Sequence record: NC_049950.1
Strand: one strand, 5' to 3'
Length of the DNA stretch: 46,288 nt
DNA from: Escherichia phage 2H10
The notes under the pieces are model-generated. The model was not told the origin of the DNA. It was given only the letters and a program-made list of their open reading frames with translations, and did no database searches. Below, piece by piece: positions 26,962-35,848 of the stretch. Each line of letters opens with the position of its first letter. The first letter of the stretch is position 1. The position numbers and the translations under genes were made by a program.

Positions 26962-28185
26962 ATGGCGCTGTCTGATGCGTGGTTGCGTTCAGTCGTTGGA
27001 AAGGAACGTGATAAGGTTTTGGTTAAATCCGATCGTGATGGTCTGTCTGTCAGAGTATCACCGAAAGGTCGCGTAGTGTTTCAATATCGTTATCAATGGG
27101 CAGGGAAAGGTGAGCGTCTTGATATCGGAACTTACCCGGCAACTGGATTAAAAGAGGCCAGAGAAGAAGTTATCCGTCTCCGTGGTGAACTCGAGTCAAA
27201 CCGTAATCCACGATTGGTCAAGCAGGCTGAAAAACGAAAAGCTACTGAAGCCATGACGGTAGAGTCTGTGATCCGTGCCTGGTATGAAGCATATTGTGTA
27301 AAAAATAAAAAGGGTTCTGAACAGATACTCCGCTCGTTTGAGCTGCACCTGTTCTCTAAAATCGGGAATATCCCTCACGATGCAGCTACATTGCATGATT
27401 GGTTAGAAGTCCTGGAGCCTCTTAGCACTAAGACTCCAGCAATAGCAGACCGATTGCTAATTAACGCAAAGCAGGCCCATGTCTGGGCGTATAAGAGAAA
27501 GCTTATTGAAACTCGCCCGCTGTCGGATATCACGGGTAAAGATATGGATATCCGTAAAGGTCAGAAGAAACGGTTTCTGACACACGATGAAATTAAAATT
27601 CTTTATGCTGCGATCGATGGCTCTAGAATGGTTCCCAAATACCGGGCCTTCATTAAACTATTACTGCATTTTGGTTGCCGTAGTTCGGAGCTAATTACTG
27701 CTAGGGTGGGTGATTTTGATTTCATAAATAAGGTATGGACTGTACCACCTGAACGACATAAGACAGGGGACATAACAGGCGAACCGCTAAAGCGGCCCAT
27801 TATTGAACCGGTTGAAGAGCTTATAAAATACGTTATCTCTATGAACAACGGTTCCGATATGCTTTTTACTAAGGAAGGAAGCAGGGAGCCAGTCGGTAGG
27901 ACATCATTACAGTCGCTGCCTTACAATTTAATGCAGTACGCGTGGCGGCGTTTAGGATATCAATTCCCTCATTGGTCTCTTCATGACTTGAGACGGACAG
28001 CACGAACAAATTTTTCTGATCTTACTGCGCCTCATATCGCAGAAATTATGCTTGGTCATAAGCTGCCAGGGGTATGGCAAGTTTATGATAAGAGCGATTA
28101 TCTAGAAGAACAGCGTAAAGCTTACCTGGCATGGTGGAAGAGGGTTGAATCGATTGTTAATTGTACTATCTCTGATTCAAACTGA
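26962..28185 (+). CDS. int: tyrosine integrase, P4-like family
   Basis: 407-aa product MALSDAWLRSVVGKERDKVLVKSDRDGLSVRVSPKGRVVFQYRYQWAGKGERLDIG... (P4-type arm-binding N-terminus) with C-terminal HxxR...Y catalytic region (HDLRRTARTNF...Y); AAGGTGAG ribosome-binding site. Confidence 0.9.
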   Translation: MALSDAWLRSVVGKERDKVLVKSDRDGLSVRVSPKGRVVFQYRYQWAGKGERLDIGTYPATGLKEAREEVIRLRGELESNRNPRLVKQAEKRKATEAMTVESVIRAWYEAYCVKNKKGSEQILRSFELHLFSKIGNIPHDAATLHDWLEVLEPLSTKTPAIADRLLINAKQAHVWAYKRKLIETRPLSDITGKDMDIRKGQKKRFLTHDEIKILYAAIDGSRMVPKYRAFIKLLLHFGCRSSELITARVGDFDFINKVWTVPPERHKTGDITGEPLKRPIIEPVEELIKYVISMNNGSDMLFTKEGSREPVGRTSLQSLPYNLMQYAWRRLGYQFPHWSLHDLRRTARTNFSDLTAPHIAEIMLGHKLPGVWQVYDKSDYLEEQRKAYLAWWKRVESIVNCTISDSN

Positions 28186-28470
28186 CGGTTTGTATCACCT
28201 GAACATAACCAAATCTCCTAGCACACTTTGAGCGAGATGTGAGCGTTAAGTTTACGCCATTGTGTTGACATAAGAGGGCACGGGTATAGATATCATCACT
28301 ATCCCTATGCCCCTAAATCGCTCCTGCTATTTGATAAATGCAGATGTTTACCACCAAATGTTTTTGATACTATAGGTTGATTCATGATTTACCTAGAAAC
28401 TTAGTTGTAACGAAAACTTCTTAACGGACACTATCTGGATAAAGTTAGTTTTTTATTTAAGAGGGTTAAC

Positions 28471-29190
28471 ATGTCAAAGTTAAAAAATGAACCATTAGTA
28501 AGGGTATCAGAAGAAGACGGAATAGAAATAAGGAAGATCCAATATCCAGATAATACGATAGAAAGAGTTTATAAGCAGAAAGGTGTAATATTACCACGAA
28601 TACCTTTAAAAGGCCGCTTTGTAGAACAATATGTGGCCTTACAGTTGCTGGATAAAGATCTTCGGAATGTTATTGGTTGGGAGAATATAATAAAAAACAT
28701 TTGTAATAACATTAATAGAGAACAACACTTTATTTATCCTGATTTAGAAAAGAATCTAATATTAAAGTCTTTATTTATATCAAAAGTTGTTACTTACGGT
28801 AAGTGTTTTACAGAGGCGAAAGGGCGTCGATTCACATTGCAGAGAAAGCATGTGCCAGAAAAATACAGAGATTTACATGATTCTATTATGAATGTTAGAC
28901 ATAACTTTGCTGCCCATAAAGGTGAATTTGAATATGATCAATGTGGCTTGGTTTTAATATTGCCGGGGACCAAGAAAAAAAGGTGCTATCATATTTTTTC
29001 AGAACTCAATCAAATAAATTATGGTAATAATGAGGAAGATGATGAACGTTTTTTTATGTTATATGATTCACTGCGTAAAGTCATTAAAGAAAAACGAGAT
29101 AAATTAATTGATAAAATATACGCTGAAAAGATTCATACTCAAACAATGGAGTATTGGTTGAGCCGAACAGGAAAAGAAACAGAGATTTAA
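28471..29190 (+). CDS. hypothetical protein, AT-rich orphan cargo gene downstream of int
   Basis: 239-aa ORF with GAGGG ribosome-binding site 5 nt upstream; GC content by eye roughly 30-35 percent versus roughly 50 percent in the phage core; no family recognised from sequence. Confidence 0.7.
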   Translation: MSKLKNEPLVRVSEEDGIEIRKIQYPDNTIERVYKQKGVILPRIPLKGRFVEQYVALQLLDKDLRNVIGWENIIKNICNNINREQHFIYPDLEKNLILKSLFISKVVTYGKCFTEAKGRRFTLQRKHVPEKYRDLHDSIMNVRHNFAAHKGEFEYDQCGLVLILPGTKKKRCYHIFSELNQINYGNNEEDDERFFMLYDSLRKVIKEKRDKLIDKIYAEKIHTQTMEYWLSRTGKETEI

Positions 29191-29472
29191 TTTGTTCAGT
29201 ATATAAAAGCTAATTTTTAAGGAGTAATTTTCAGATGATTAAAGCTGATTACATTGCGATAGGTACTCTACGACTAACTTTTCAACAAGAGTAAGGGGGT
29301 AATCAATTTTATTTGTATCAATGGTATGACATTTCTTGGCGATAATGTTTTGATCTTATCGATTCATGTCATATGGTCATTGGTAACGTCCGCTCTTGTT
29401 AAAGAGTGGACGCTCAGATTTGGTTTGGCATCTAATCATAGATGTGTCAGCTCACATCTAAGCTAATACATA

Positions 29473-29667
29473 TTAATCAATCACTCCCGCAAATCTGTAA
29501 ATCTTGTGTGATGCCCATTTATTTGGGCAGGATTTAATATCAGGATCTGGAAAGTCAGGCCTGTATTTCTGGCCAGTTCTCCTGTTTACGCTGTTCCAGC
29601 GAAGAACTGTCGATACTGAAACACCACAGAAATCGGCGACTTGTTTAGTTGTCATTAAGTTGTTCAT
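29473..29667 (-). CDS. xis: excisionase / AlpA-family HTH DNA-binding protein
   Basis: 64-aa product MNNLMTTKQVADFCGVSVSTVLRWNSVNRRTGQKYRPDFPDP... typical of phage Xis/AlpA winged-helix family; last gene of the leftward early operon. Confidence 0.75.
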   Translation of the reverse strand: MNNLMTTKQVADFCGVSVSTVLRWNSVNRRTGQKYRPDFPDPDIKSCPNKWASHKIYRFAGVID

Positions 29668-30287
29668 TACTTCACCTCCTGCGGCGGCTCCGGTAGCGGC
29701 ATCCAGTGGGTTACTTTCGATGCCGGTTCTTCCCCATTGTCAGTAACTGCCCACCATTTGTTTCTCGAACAATCGTAATACCCTTCGAAGGTATCGTACT
29801 CAGTCCAGCCGTAAGACTTACCCCAACACCAAACATACTGTTTATCGTTCGGCATTCGCTCACTACAGCTTATCCAACCATCCGGAGTTACCGGAGAGTT
29901 GCCCGACAGCTCGTTCAACTTGTAAGTCTGGCTTACAGGTTCGGCACCATTAAGCATGGCGGCGCGGCAGGCGTTCCAGCCTTCATCAAAGCCGACTATG
30001 CCATTATTTAAAGACGGACGAGCATCTGGCACCACCGGCACTGGCTTGGCTATATATAGCGGCTGAACATACCAGCCCTTTGATAACCAACTGTCAGCAA
30101 TGTTTTTACTCCTCGTTATTGCCGGAATACCTAAGCCATTTTCTGAATGCAGCCATGCCACCGGCTCCTCTTCTAGCGATGCCAGAGCAATTTCATAAGC
30201 ACGGCGCTCAATATCGTCTCGAACCTCTAGGCTGCTGATTCGTTCTTTGATTTCTTTAATCAGTTCTTTATTGGTAAATGTGGTCAT
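29667..30287 (-). CDS. DUF551-domain phage protein
   Basis: 206-aa ORF ending ...KVTHWMPLPEPPQEVK, the signature C-terminus of the DUF551 family common in lambdoid early-left operons; TAATG coupling with upstream gene. Confidence 0.7.
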   Translation of the reverse strand: MTTFTNKELIKEIKERISSLEVRDDIERRAYEIALASLEEEPVAWLHSENGLGIPAITRSKNIADSWLSKGWYVQPLYIAKPVPVVPDARPSLNNGIVGFDEGWNACRAAMLNGAEPVSQTYKLNELSGNSPVTPDGWISCSERMPNDKQYVWCWGKSYGWTEYDTFEGYYDCSRNKWWAVTDNGEEPASKVTHWMPLPEPPQEVK

Positions 30288-30649
30288 TATGCTCCAGCCT
30301 CCGGCGCTTTTGGCATTACTGCCCAGTGAGTGATATTGAAGTTTTCAAGGTCCCCGACCTGAAATGTCCACTGCCATTCTCCGGTTTCTTTTTGTCCCCA
30401 GGTGTACCAGAGAGAACGCCAGCCAATCAGCCAGCCTTCTCCGTTAGCATCAAATAACAGAACACTTTCATTTGCTGGTGGCAGTTCAGCTGACACTGGT
30501 ATTATTTTGTTTTCCAGTGCCGCACATTTAGCTTCAAGCACGTCGAATTTACGTACCAGGTACTCAGCATTTGTTTCGTTCACTTTCAGATCTCGCGGTA
30601 CACATTTACCGCGAAGAAACCCTTCCATTTCGAAAACATTCATGCGCAT
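30287..30649 (-). CDS. DUF551-like phage protein (YfdS-like)
   Basis: 120-aa ORF ending ...ITHWAVMPKAPEAGA, similar C-terminal motif; translationally coupled to neighbours. Confidence 0.65.
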   Translation of the reverse strand: MRMNVFEMEGFLRGKCVPRDLKVNETNAEYLVRKFDVLEAKCAALENKIIPVSAELPPANESVLLFDANGEGWLIGWRSLWYTWGQKETGEWQWTFQVGDLENFNITHWAVMPKAPEAGA

Positions 30650-31176
30650 TTGCGTAACTCCGATAACTCGTTAAAACGTTCCATAAACATCCCGTAGGCA
30701 TGACCCGGTGCTAGTGGAATCACGTTGAACATCTCTGTTGCCGGGATGCCTTCCAGTACAGGCCAGAAAGAGCCATCATCAAGCCCGAGATCGCGGCGTT
30801 CGGTTGCCAGCATGATGAGATCGGCATATTTCACGGGCGTACTCATAACTGGGGGTAACCCGTATTTCTCACGGATTACGGCGTCTATTTTTTCTTCCAT
30901 CCGTTTATAGTCAGGAAGAAGTCGTTTCAGTGGTGCGGGGATGTCTTGGCAATATGCTTCTGTTGCATCATGCATTAACGCTTCAAAAGCAAATTCCTGC
31001 GGTACCAGCTGGCTGCAAAGCACCGCATGTTGGGCGACGCTGTAGAAGTGTGCAAGATGCCCTGCAAAGCGACAGATATTTGAAAGGGAAACCGCGATAT
31101 CGTTAATAACGATGTCGTCTTTATTTATCTTGTCATAATAAAAATGCTTCCCGGAAAAAGTTTTAATAAATGACAT
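30640..31176 (-). CDS. HD-domain phosphohydrolase, YfdR-like 5-prime-deoxynucleotidase
   Basis: Track ORF 30640-31239; internal ATG 31176 has GGAG 7 nt upstream giving a 178-aa product with H...HD metal motif (AQHAVL...LMHDATEAY), matching the YfdR/YfbR family. Confidence 0.75.
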   Translation of the reverse strand: MSFIKTFSGKHFYYDKINKDDIVINDIAVSLSNICRFAGHLAHFYSVAQHAVLCSQLVPQEFAFEALMHDATEAYCQDIPAPLKRLLPDYKRMEEKIDAVIREKYGLPPVMSTPVKYADLIMLATERRDLGLDDGSFWPVLEGIPATEMFNVIPLAPGHAYGMFMERFNELSELRKCA

Positions 31177-31304
31177 TTTGTTCTCCACGTTATGTGCGCT
31201 GCACCGCACTGAATTTTGGTAAAAAGAAGCCCTTACCATCCGGCGATTATTGAGTTAATTACGTTTCCATAAATGCCCCCGCAGGGGCATTTGCAGTAAT
31301 GAAA

Positions 31305-32129
31305 TCAGGCGGTGAAAGTACCAATAAAGGTTTCTACTTTGCTGTCTTTGAATTTCTCAACAAGCAGATCACGAAATTCGTTAGCCATTTTTTCCTGGAC
31401 TGCTTCCAACTGAATAATGCGCAGAACCAGTACAGGACGATCGCCAGTGATAATGCTGAGGCGTAATTTAAACGGACGTTCTTTCAGACCTTCAAACGGA
31501 ACGCATTTAAATTCAAATGCCACTGGCATAATATCTTTGGTTTTCGCTTCGACAGACTCCATCAGGGAGCGTTTTCCGCTGAAGTCATTATCTTCAAAAT
31601 CAGCGGTCTGGTTTGCTTCAATCGTGATTTTACGGACAGCCGCAGCCGCTTTTGTTGCCTGAATAGCGTCACCATTAGCATCAAAGCCTACAAGGTAGTC
31701 GGCCCAGTCTTCAATCCATTCTGCCAGTGACTTCTGGGAGTTACGCTCGCCGTTAACAGACAACAGAGCAGAGAACGGTGCTGTCTTTTTCAGTTTGAGA
31801 GTGGCGGTGTTATCTGCGTGACCTGGTTCATCAATAGTACCCAGGTTAAGCACACTGACGGCACGCATATTATCAGCATCGATAAAGCAGCGGGTGCCTT
31901 CATCTGCAAGATCTTTAGAATAACGGGTAAAGTCATCGATGCTGGCAGTGGAAAGCGCACCACGGAAACGGAAGCGATTTAAATTAAATTTTTCCAGATC
32001 ATGAATGCGGAAGTTCTCAGGCAATGCCACAGCATCGGCACCAATCTTACTGATAATTTCATTAACACCCTGAGCAGAAATAAGGGCATGGATTTGATTA
32101 ATTGCGGTTGCGTCTAAGTTCTGAGACAT
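31305..32129 (-). CDS. YfdQ-like phage protein (DUF2303 family)
   Basis: 274-aa [25 protein letters not shown]...; length and gene order (YfdP-YfdQ-YfdR) match the CPS-53/KpLE1 cluster of E. coli; function unknown. Confidence 0.65.
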   Translation of the reverse strand: MSQNLDATAINQIHALISAQGVNEIISKIGADAVALPENFRIHDLEKFNLNRFRFRGALSTASIDDFTRYSKDLADEGTRCFIDADNMRAVSVLNLGTIDEPGHADNTATLKLKKTAPFSALLSVNGERNSQKSLAEWIEDWADYLVGFDANGDAIQATKAAAAVRKITIEANQTADFEDNDFSGKRSLMESVEAKTKDIMPVAFEFKCVPFEGLKERPFKLRLSIITGDRPVLVLRIIQLEAVQEKMANEFRDLLVEKFKDSKVETFIGTFTA

Positions 32130-32194
32130 AATAAGTCCTCACTATATAAAGATATTCAGTGATGAGATAAATAATCGGTTTATTAAAAACGATA

Positions 32195-32557
32195 TTAACG
32201 ACCAGCTGCGCGGAGTTTTCCGTCAGGTTCACCGGCAAGAGTCAGTAATTGTCCCTGGTCTTCCTGCAGAATAGTCAGGCGACCACCGCGATTGACATAC
32301 ATCGGCGTTTCGGTGGTGTCTTCTTCGGAAATTTTCCCGCGGTTAGTTGGGCGAACATATGAGAGTTTGTGTTTGATTTTCACACGGTTCTCATCAAACG
32401 GTTCGATTTCCAGATTGAGTGAGACCTTCCCTTTGGTTTTCGTGTTCATCACACCGGAAGCGACTTCACTTAGAACTGCGCCGATTTTGGTTTCAAATAC
32501 GCCGCCGTCCAGCTCCCCGATAAATGCCTGCACATCAGTACTGCGTTCACTAGCCAT
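32195..32557 (-). CDS. YfdP-like phage protein
   Basis: Track ORF 32195-32788; internal ATG 32557 with AGGAG 7 nt upstream gives a 120-aa product MASERSTDVQAFIGELDGGVFETKIG...; the upstream in-frame extension looks non-coding. Confidence 0.65.
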   Translation of the reverse strand: MASERSTDVQAFIGELDGGVFETKIGAVLSEVASGVMNTKTKGKVSLNLEIEPFDENRVKIKHKLSYVRPTNRGKISEEDTTETPMYVNRGGRLTILQEDQGQLLTLAGEPDGKLRAAGR

Positions 32558-32693
32558 TTTGCTGCTCCTCATCATATCGACCCTGCAAGGTCGGTTAGTT
32601 TCTCCACAAAACAGAGAAGAACACCTGCGGTGGCAGCCGCCCGGATGGATTGGGTTATGAGCCCGTCGTCCGATGATGCTCTTCTCTGTTTTG

Positions 32694-32740
32694 TAAAAAG
32701 AGCGGTACCAGCCGGAAGCAAGTGTACAAACTGGTACCGC
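32694..32740 (-). terminator. intrinsic terminator-like hairpin inside the early-left leader
   Basis: Minus-strand gcggtaccag ... ctggtaccgc 10-bp GC-rich stem followed by ctcttttt; the loop contains a TTGTACA motif. Confidence 0.45.
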
Positions 32741-33158
32741 CAAAGCAGTGGCTGTTGTGGTGGGGTTGTCACTCAGGCGTATGGTCAACCTGACAATCCG
32801 GTGTCCTCAACGGGGAAAGAGTAACCCAGCCATACTTACCGCCGCGCCATTTCGCGGATGACCACAACGCTGAGAGCACTTAGCCAGTTACGGCACCACA
32901 CTTTGTCGCGGCTCCATAAATGCCCTCATCGTTGCACCCTGGTCTCTTCCCAGGCGTCAAACCGGATCGCCACGCTGGTTAGGCGTCTTATCAGCATCAT
33001 CATTGACTTGCACATTCCGGCTACCTGGTTTGTTTGCCCTAGCAAGGAGTGGATTGTCCCCTTTAACGTCCCCAGACCGCTAACGACGCATGTGCCATAC
33101 GCCGTGTTACAACCAAATTTTGTTTGAATCTTGCCTGCCTCATGTTTCTTTTGGATAC

Positions 33159-33186
33159 ATTATGTATCTCATGGGTACATTGTCAA
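33159..33186 (-). promoter_or_regulatory. strong sigma-70 promoter reading leftward (pL-like)
   Basis: Minus-strand TTGACA (33181-33186), 16-nt spacer, CATAAT (33159-33164); overlapped by a perfect palindrome GATACATtATGTATC (33154-33168) that could be an operator. Confidence 0.55.
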
Positions 33187-33189
33187 GTA

Positions 33190-33213
33190 TAAAAAAACCT
33201 GCCGAAGCAGGTT
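33190..33213 (-). terminator. rho-independent terminator immediately after the cI stop
   Basis: Minus-strand acctgc-ttcg-gcaggt hairpin followed by ttttttt, directly seen 13 nt after the cI stop codon. Confidence 0.65.
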
Positions 33214-33225
33214 CATAAATATTGA

Positions 33226-33900
33226 TTAGGCCTTTATTGTGTATCTTCTTGGTTTTCCCGAGAAAATCACTGTACCAATTATAGAGCAATTACCGTTAAT
33301 CTTAATGTAAGGCTCAGGCCAGTTTGGGTTTAATGCTTTGAGATAACGCTGTGTTCCATCTTCTATCAATCGCTTGAAGGTGGTTTCGCCTGTATCGTGC
33401 ATCAATGCAATAACGTCGTCACCGTGGCAGGCAGGGACTTCGGGATCAACAAAAATCATGTCTCCAGGGCGGTACTCATCAATCATTGAATCACCAATCA
33501 CCCGCAAGATATAAGTCATTTCGCCACAGGGTACAGGGCAGGGATACGTTTCTGCTGTGCTCAAATCAACCTCAGAATAGCCAACTTCTTTCCATGCTCC
33601 GGCCTGTACCCATGATATGACAGGGACTAACGTTATTTGTTTGTTAGTGATTGAAACATCAGGTTTTTTTGTGATGTTCGTTGTCTGGTGTTCTTGATCA
33701 AGCCATCCGACAGGCAGGTCGAAACATTTTTCGATGTGCCGTGCCATGCTGTCACCGATATTTTTAGTAGCGCCATCCCCCATAAACCTGCTGGTTTGGG
33801 TTGGCTCGCGATCAATCATGGTGGCAAAGGATGAATTTCCGCCAACACCATCTCTCAGTTTTCTGGCGTTAGACCGCCGGATGTCATGGATTGTTTTCAT
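33226..33900 (-). CDS. cI: CI-type prophage repressor with C-terminal S24 (LexA-like) autopeptidase domain
   Basis: 224-aa product; C-terminus ...LVPVISWVQAGAWKEV...RVIGDSMIDEYRPGDMIFVD...TTFKRL...INGNCSIIGTVIF shows the Ala-Gly cleavage site, GDSM catalytic Ser and Lys of S24 peptidases; divergent from cro. Confidence 0.88.
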   Translation of the reverse strand: MKTIHDIRRSNARKLRDGVGGNSSFATMIDREPTQTSRFMGDGATKNIGDSMARHIEKCFDLPVGWLDQEHQTTNITKKPDVSITNKQITLVPVISWVQAGAWKEVGYSEVDLSTAETYPCPVPCGEMTYILRVIGDSMIDEYRPGDMIFVDPEVPACHGDDVIALMHDTGETTFKRLIEDGTQRYLKALNPNWPEPYIKINGNCSIIGTVIFSGKPRRYTIKA

Positions 33901-33916
33901 AACGAAATTAAAACCT

Positions 33917-33935
33917 TTGTACCGATAAGGTACAA
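33917..33935. promoter_or_regulatory. candidate operator palindrome in the cI-cro intergenic region
   Basis: TTGTACC-gataa-GGTACAA perfect 7-bp inverted repeat 17 nt upstream of the cI start; a related half-site GGTACAT occurs at 33977 and near the pL-like promoter. Confidence 0.5.
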
Positions 33936-33990
33936 GTATCTTGAAGGTTCATTTCAATCATGTAATATGTATACTGGAGGTACATATTGT

Positions 33991-34191
33991 ATGAAAGCGT
34001 ATTGGGACTCTTTAACCAAAGAACAGCAGGGCGAGTTGGCCGGAAAAGTTGGCTCAACACCTGGCTACTTACGGCTGGTTTTCAATGGTTATAAAAAAGC
34101 CAGTTTTGTGCTGGCGAAAAAACTTGAGCAATGCACGTCAGGTGCAATTACGAAATCTGACTTAAGACCGGATATCTATCCGAAAGATTAA
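33991..34191 (+). CDS. cro: Cro-like repressor
   Basis: 66-aa product MKAYWDSLTKEQQGELAGKVGSTPGYLRLVFNGYKKASFVLAKKLEQCTSGAITKSDLRPDIY (HTH); GGAGG upstream; divergent from cI. Confidence 0.8.
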   Translation: MKAYWDSLTKEQQGELAGKVGSTPGYLRLVFNGYKKASFVLAKKLEQCTSGAITKSDLRPDIYPKD

Positions 34192-34222
34192 CAGAACACC
34201 TTCAATTTTTAACCACAGAACG

Positions 34223-34786
34223 ATGAGGCTAACCGTGGGTAAGTATCACTGGAAAGTAGAAAAACAGCCTGAGTGGTACGTGAAAGCTGTCAGAAAAACT
34301 ATCGCAGCGTTGCCGGGTGGTTACGCTGAAGCAGCTGACTGGCTGGATGTAACAGAGAACGCATTATTTAACCGCCTTCGTGCCGATGGCGATCAGATTT
34401 TCCCGCTGGGATGGGCAATGGTTTTACAGCGCGCGGCTGACACTCACTACATTGCGGATGCTGTCGCACAGTCTGCTGGTGGGGTGTTCGTATCGCTTCC
34501 TGAAATTGAGGAAGTAGAGAACGCCGATATAAACCAGCGCCTGCTGGAAGTCATCGAACAGATCGGGAATTACTCAAAGCAGATTCGTTCGGCAATCGAA
34601 GATGGGGTCGTGGAGCCACACGAGCAGACAGCAATTAATGATGAGTTGTATCTGTCAATTTCGAAGCTCCAAGAGCATGCAGCACTGGTCTACAAAATCT
34701 TTTGCGCTCCAGAAAAGAGTGACGCCCGCGAGTGTGCAGCTCCGGGCGTCGTGGCGTTTTGTGTCTGTGGAGAAACTAACGCATGA
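34223..34786 (+). CDS. putative CII-like regulatory protein (CP76-type)
   Basis: 187-aa ORF immediately after cro in the position of cII; weak family-level resemblance only. Confidence 0.45.
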   Translation: MRLTVGKYHWKVEKQPEWYVKAVRKTIAALPGGYAEAADWLDVTENALFNRLRADGDQIFPLGWAMVLQRAADTHYIADAVAQSAGGVFVSLPEIEEVENADINQRLLEVIEQIGNYSKQIRSAIEDGVVEPHEQTAINDELYLSISKLQEHAALVYKIFCAPEKSDARECAAPGVVAFCVCGETNA

Positions 34787-35619
34787 ACAGTTTAACGGCA
34801 AATAACCGTTTGTCGCAACAGCTGGTGGTCAGTGTCGCTGAACACCTGTTGTTACGGCATGAATGCAGATTACCAAATCACCTGGCTGTAAGTAACCACA
34901 GAGAACTTTACCTGACTGTGGGGGGCGAGTTGTGCGGGAACTTAACCGCTGGTTTCGTGACGGAAGAGGGCTTTATGTCCATGTTATTCGTTGGGAACCA
35001 GAAACACAGCGCGTTATCTATCTTCGCAAAGACTACCCGCATGAGTGCTTTAGTCCTTTGTGGAAATTCAGGCGTGATTTTGTTGAGTGTGAAGGACCAC
35101 CAGCACATTGATTCTGCCATTCCGGGACGTTACACTGTTCAGGCACCTTATAAAGCGGGTGACGGGATTGGCGTCCTGGAAATGTTATCGGCGATATATG
35201 ACGCGCCAGCGTCTTTTTTATCGTCTGTGTCTGTGCACACCCAAATTATGGTGGGCTGGACGGGGGCACCGAAAGGTGCGCCGGTTTCCGATAACGCCGG
35301 TTACGCCAACCCCGTTCAGTTCACCACCAGCGAAATTGGCGTTTCCGGTGGTGAAGGTAATTCACTGTTATCGGAGGCTGCCATCATGGCTACTGTCCCA
35401 GCCCTCACTCGTCTGAATGATGAAGACTTACATAAACTCAGTTATGTAACAACTGCACTACGTGCTCTGCGCAAGGTAACTCTTTCGGATCCGCAGGCGC
35501 ATCAGGTTTTGGTAGAAACCCTTCTTAACTTGCAGGCTGAACGTATTCGTCTGGCGGATAAGGCTAATTTTCATATTCACCGTCTCCTGAATATCAGCGG
35601 AGGGCATCGTCATGCTTAA
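34783..35619 (+). CDS. hypothetical protein
   Basis: 278-aa ORF whose ATG overlaps the upstream stop (ATGA), suggesting translational coupling; no recognisable motif. Confidence 0.5.
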   Translation: MNSLTANNRLSQQLVVSVAEHLLLRHECRLPNHLAVSNHRELYLTVGGELCGNLTAGFVTEEGFMSMLFVGNQKHSALSIFAKTTRMSALVLCGNSGVILLSVKDHQHIDSAIPGRYTVQAPYKAGDGIGVLEMLSAIYDAPASFLSSVSVHTQIMVGWTGAPKGAPVSDNAGYANPVQFTTSEIGVSGGEGNSLLSEAAIMATVPALTRLNDEDLHKLSYVTTALRALRKVTLSDPQAHQVLVETLLNLQAERIRLADKANFHIHRLLNISGGHRHA

Positions 35620-35848
35620 TCCGTTGATCCTCAATATTTGCCGTTTGCTTCAGCGTAAAAAAACATCAATTCCTACAGTTGGGCAGTGGTACACCACGCC
35701 TGCAGGGCATGTTCTACGTGTTAGCCTGGTTGACCGTGAATGTCAGAAGGTGATTTGTGAACCGCTGGGCCGTAATTACCGCATCAGTATGCCGCTTATA
35801 GCCTTTTGCTCCGGAAAAAACATGAAGCATCTCGGAGGTGCAGCATGA
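35612..35848 (+). CDS. hypothetical small protein
   Basis: 78-aa ORF, start overlaps upstream stop and its stop overlaps the next start (ATGA). Confidence 0.45.
   Translation: MLNPLILNICRLLQRKKTSIPTVGQWYTTPAGHVLRVSLVDRECQKVICEPLGRNYRISMPLIAFCSGKNMKHLGGAA

Noticed and set aside
32558-32788. Upstream 77 codons of the track ORF 32195-32788
   Set aside because: Cys/Arg/His/Pro-rich junk translation overlapping predicted RNA hairpins; the ribosome-binding site and size fit the internal ATG at 32557.
32820-33130. Plus-strand ORFs 32630-32824 and 32858-33127
   Set aside because: No ribosome-binding sites, implausible composition; region better explained as the minus-strand non-coding leader.
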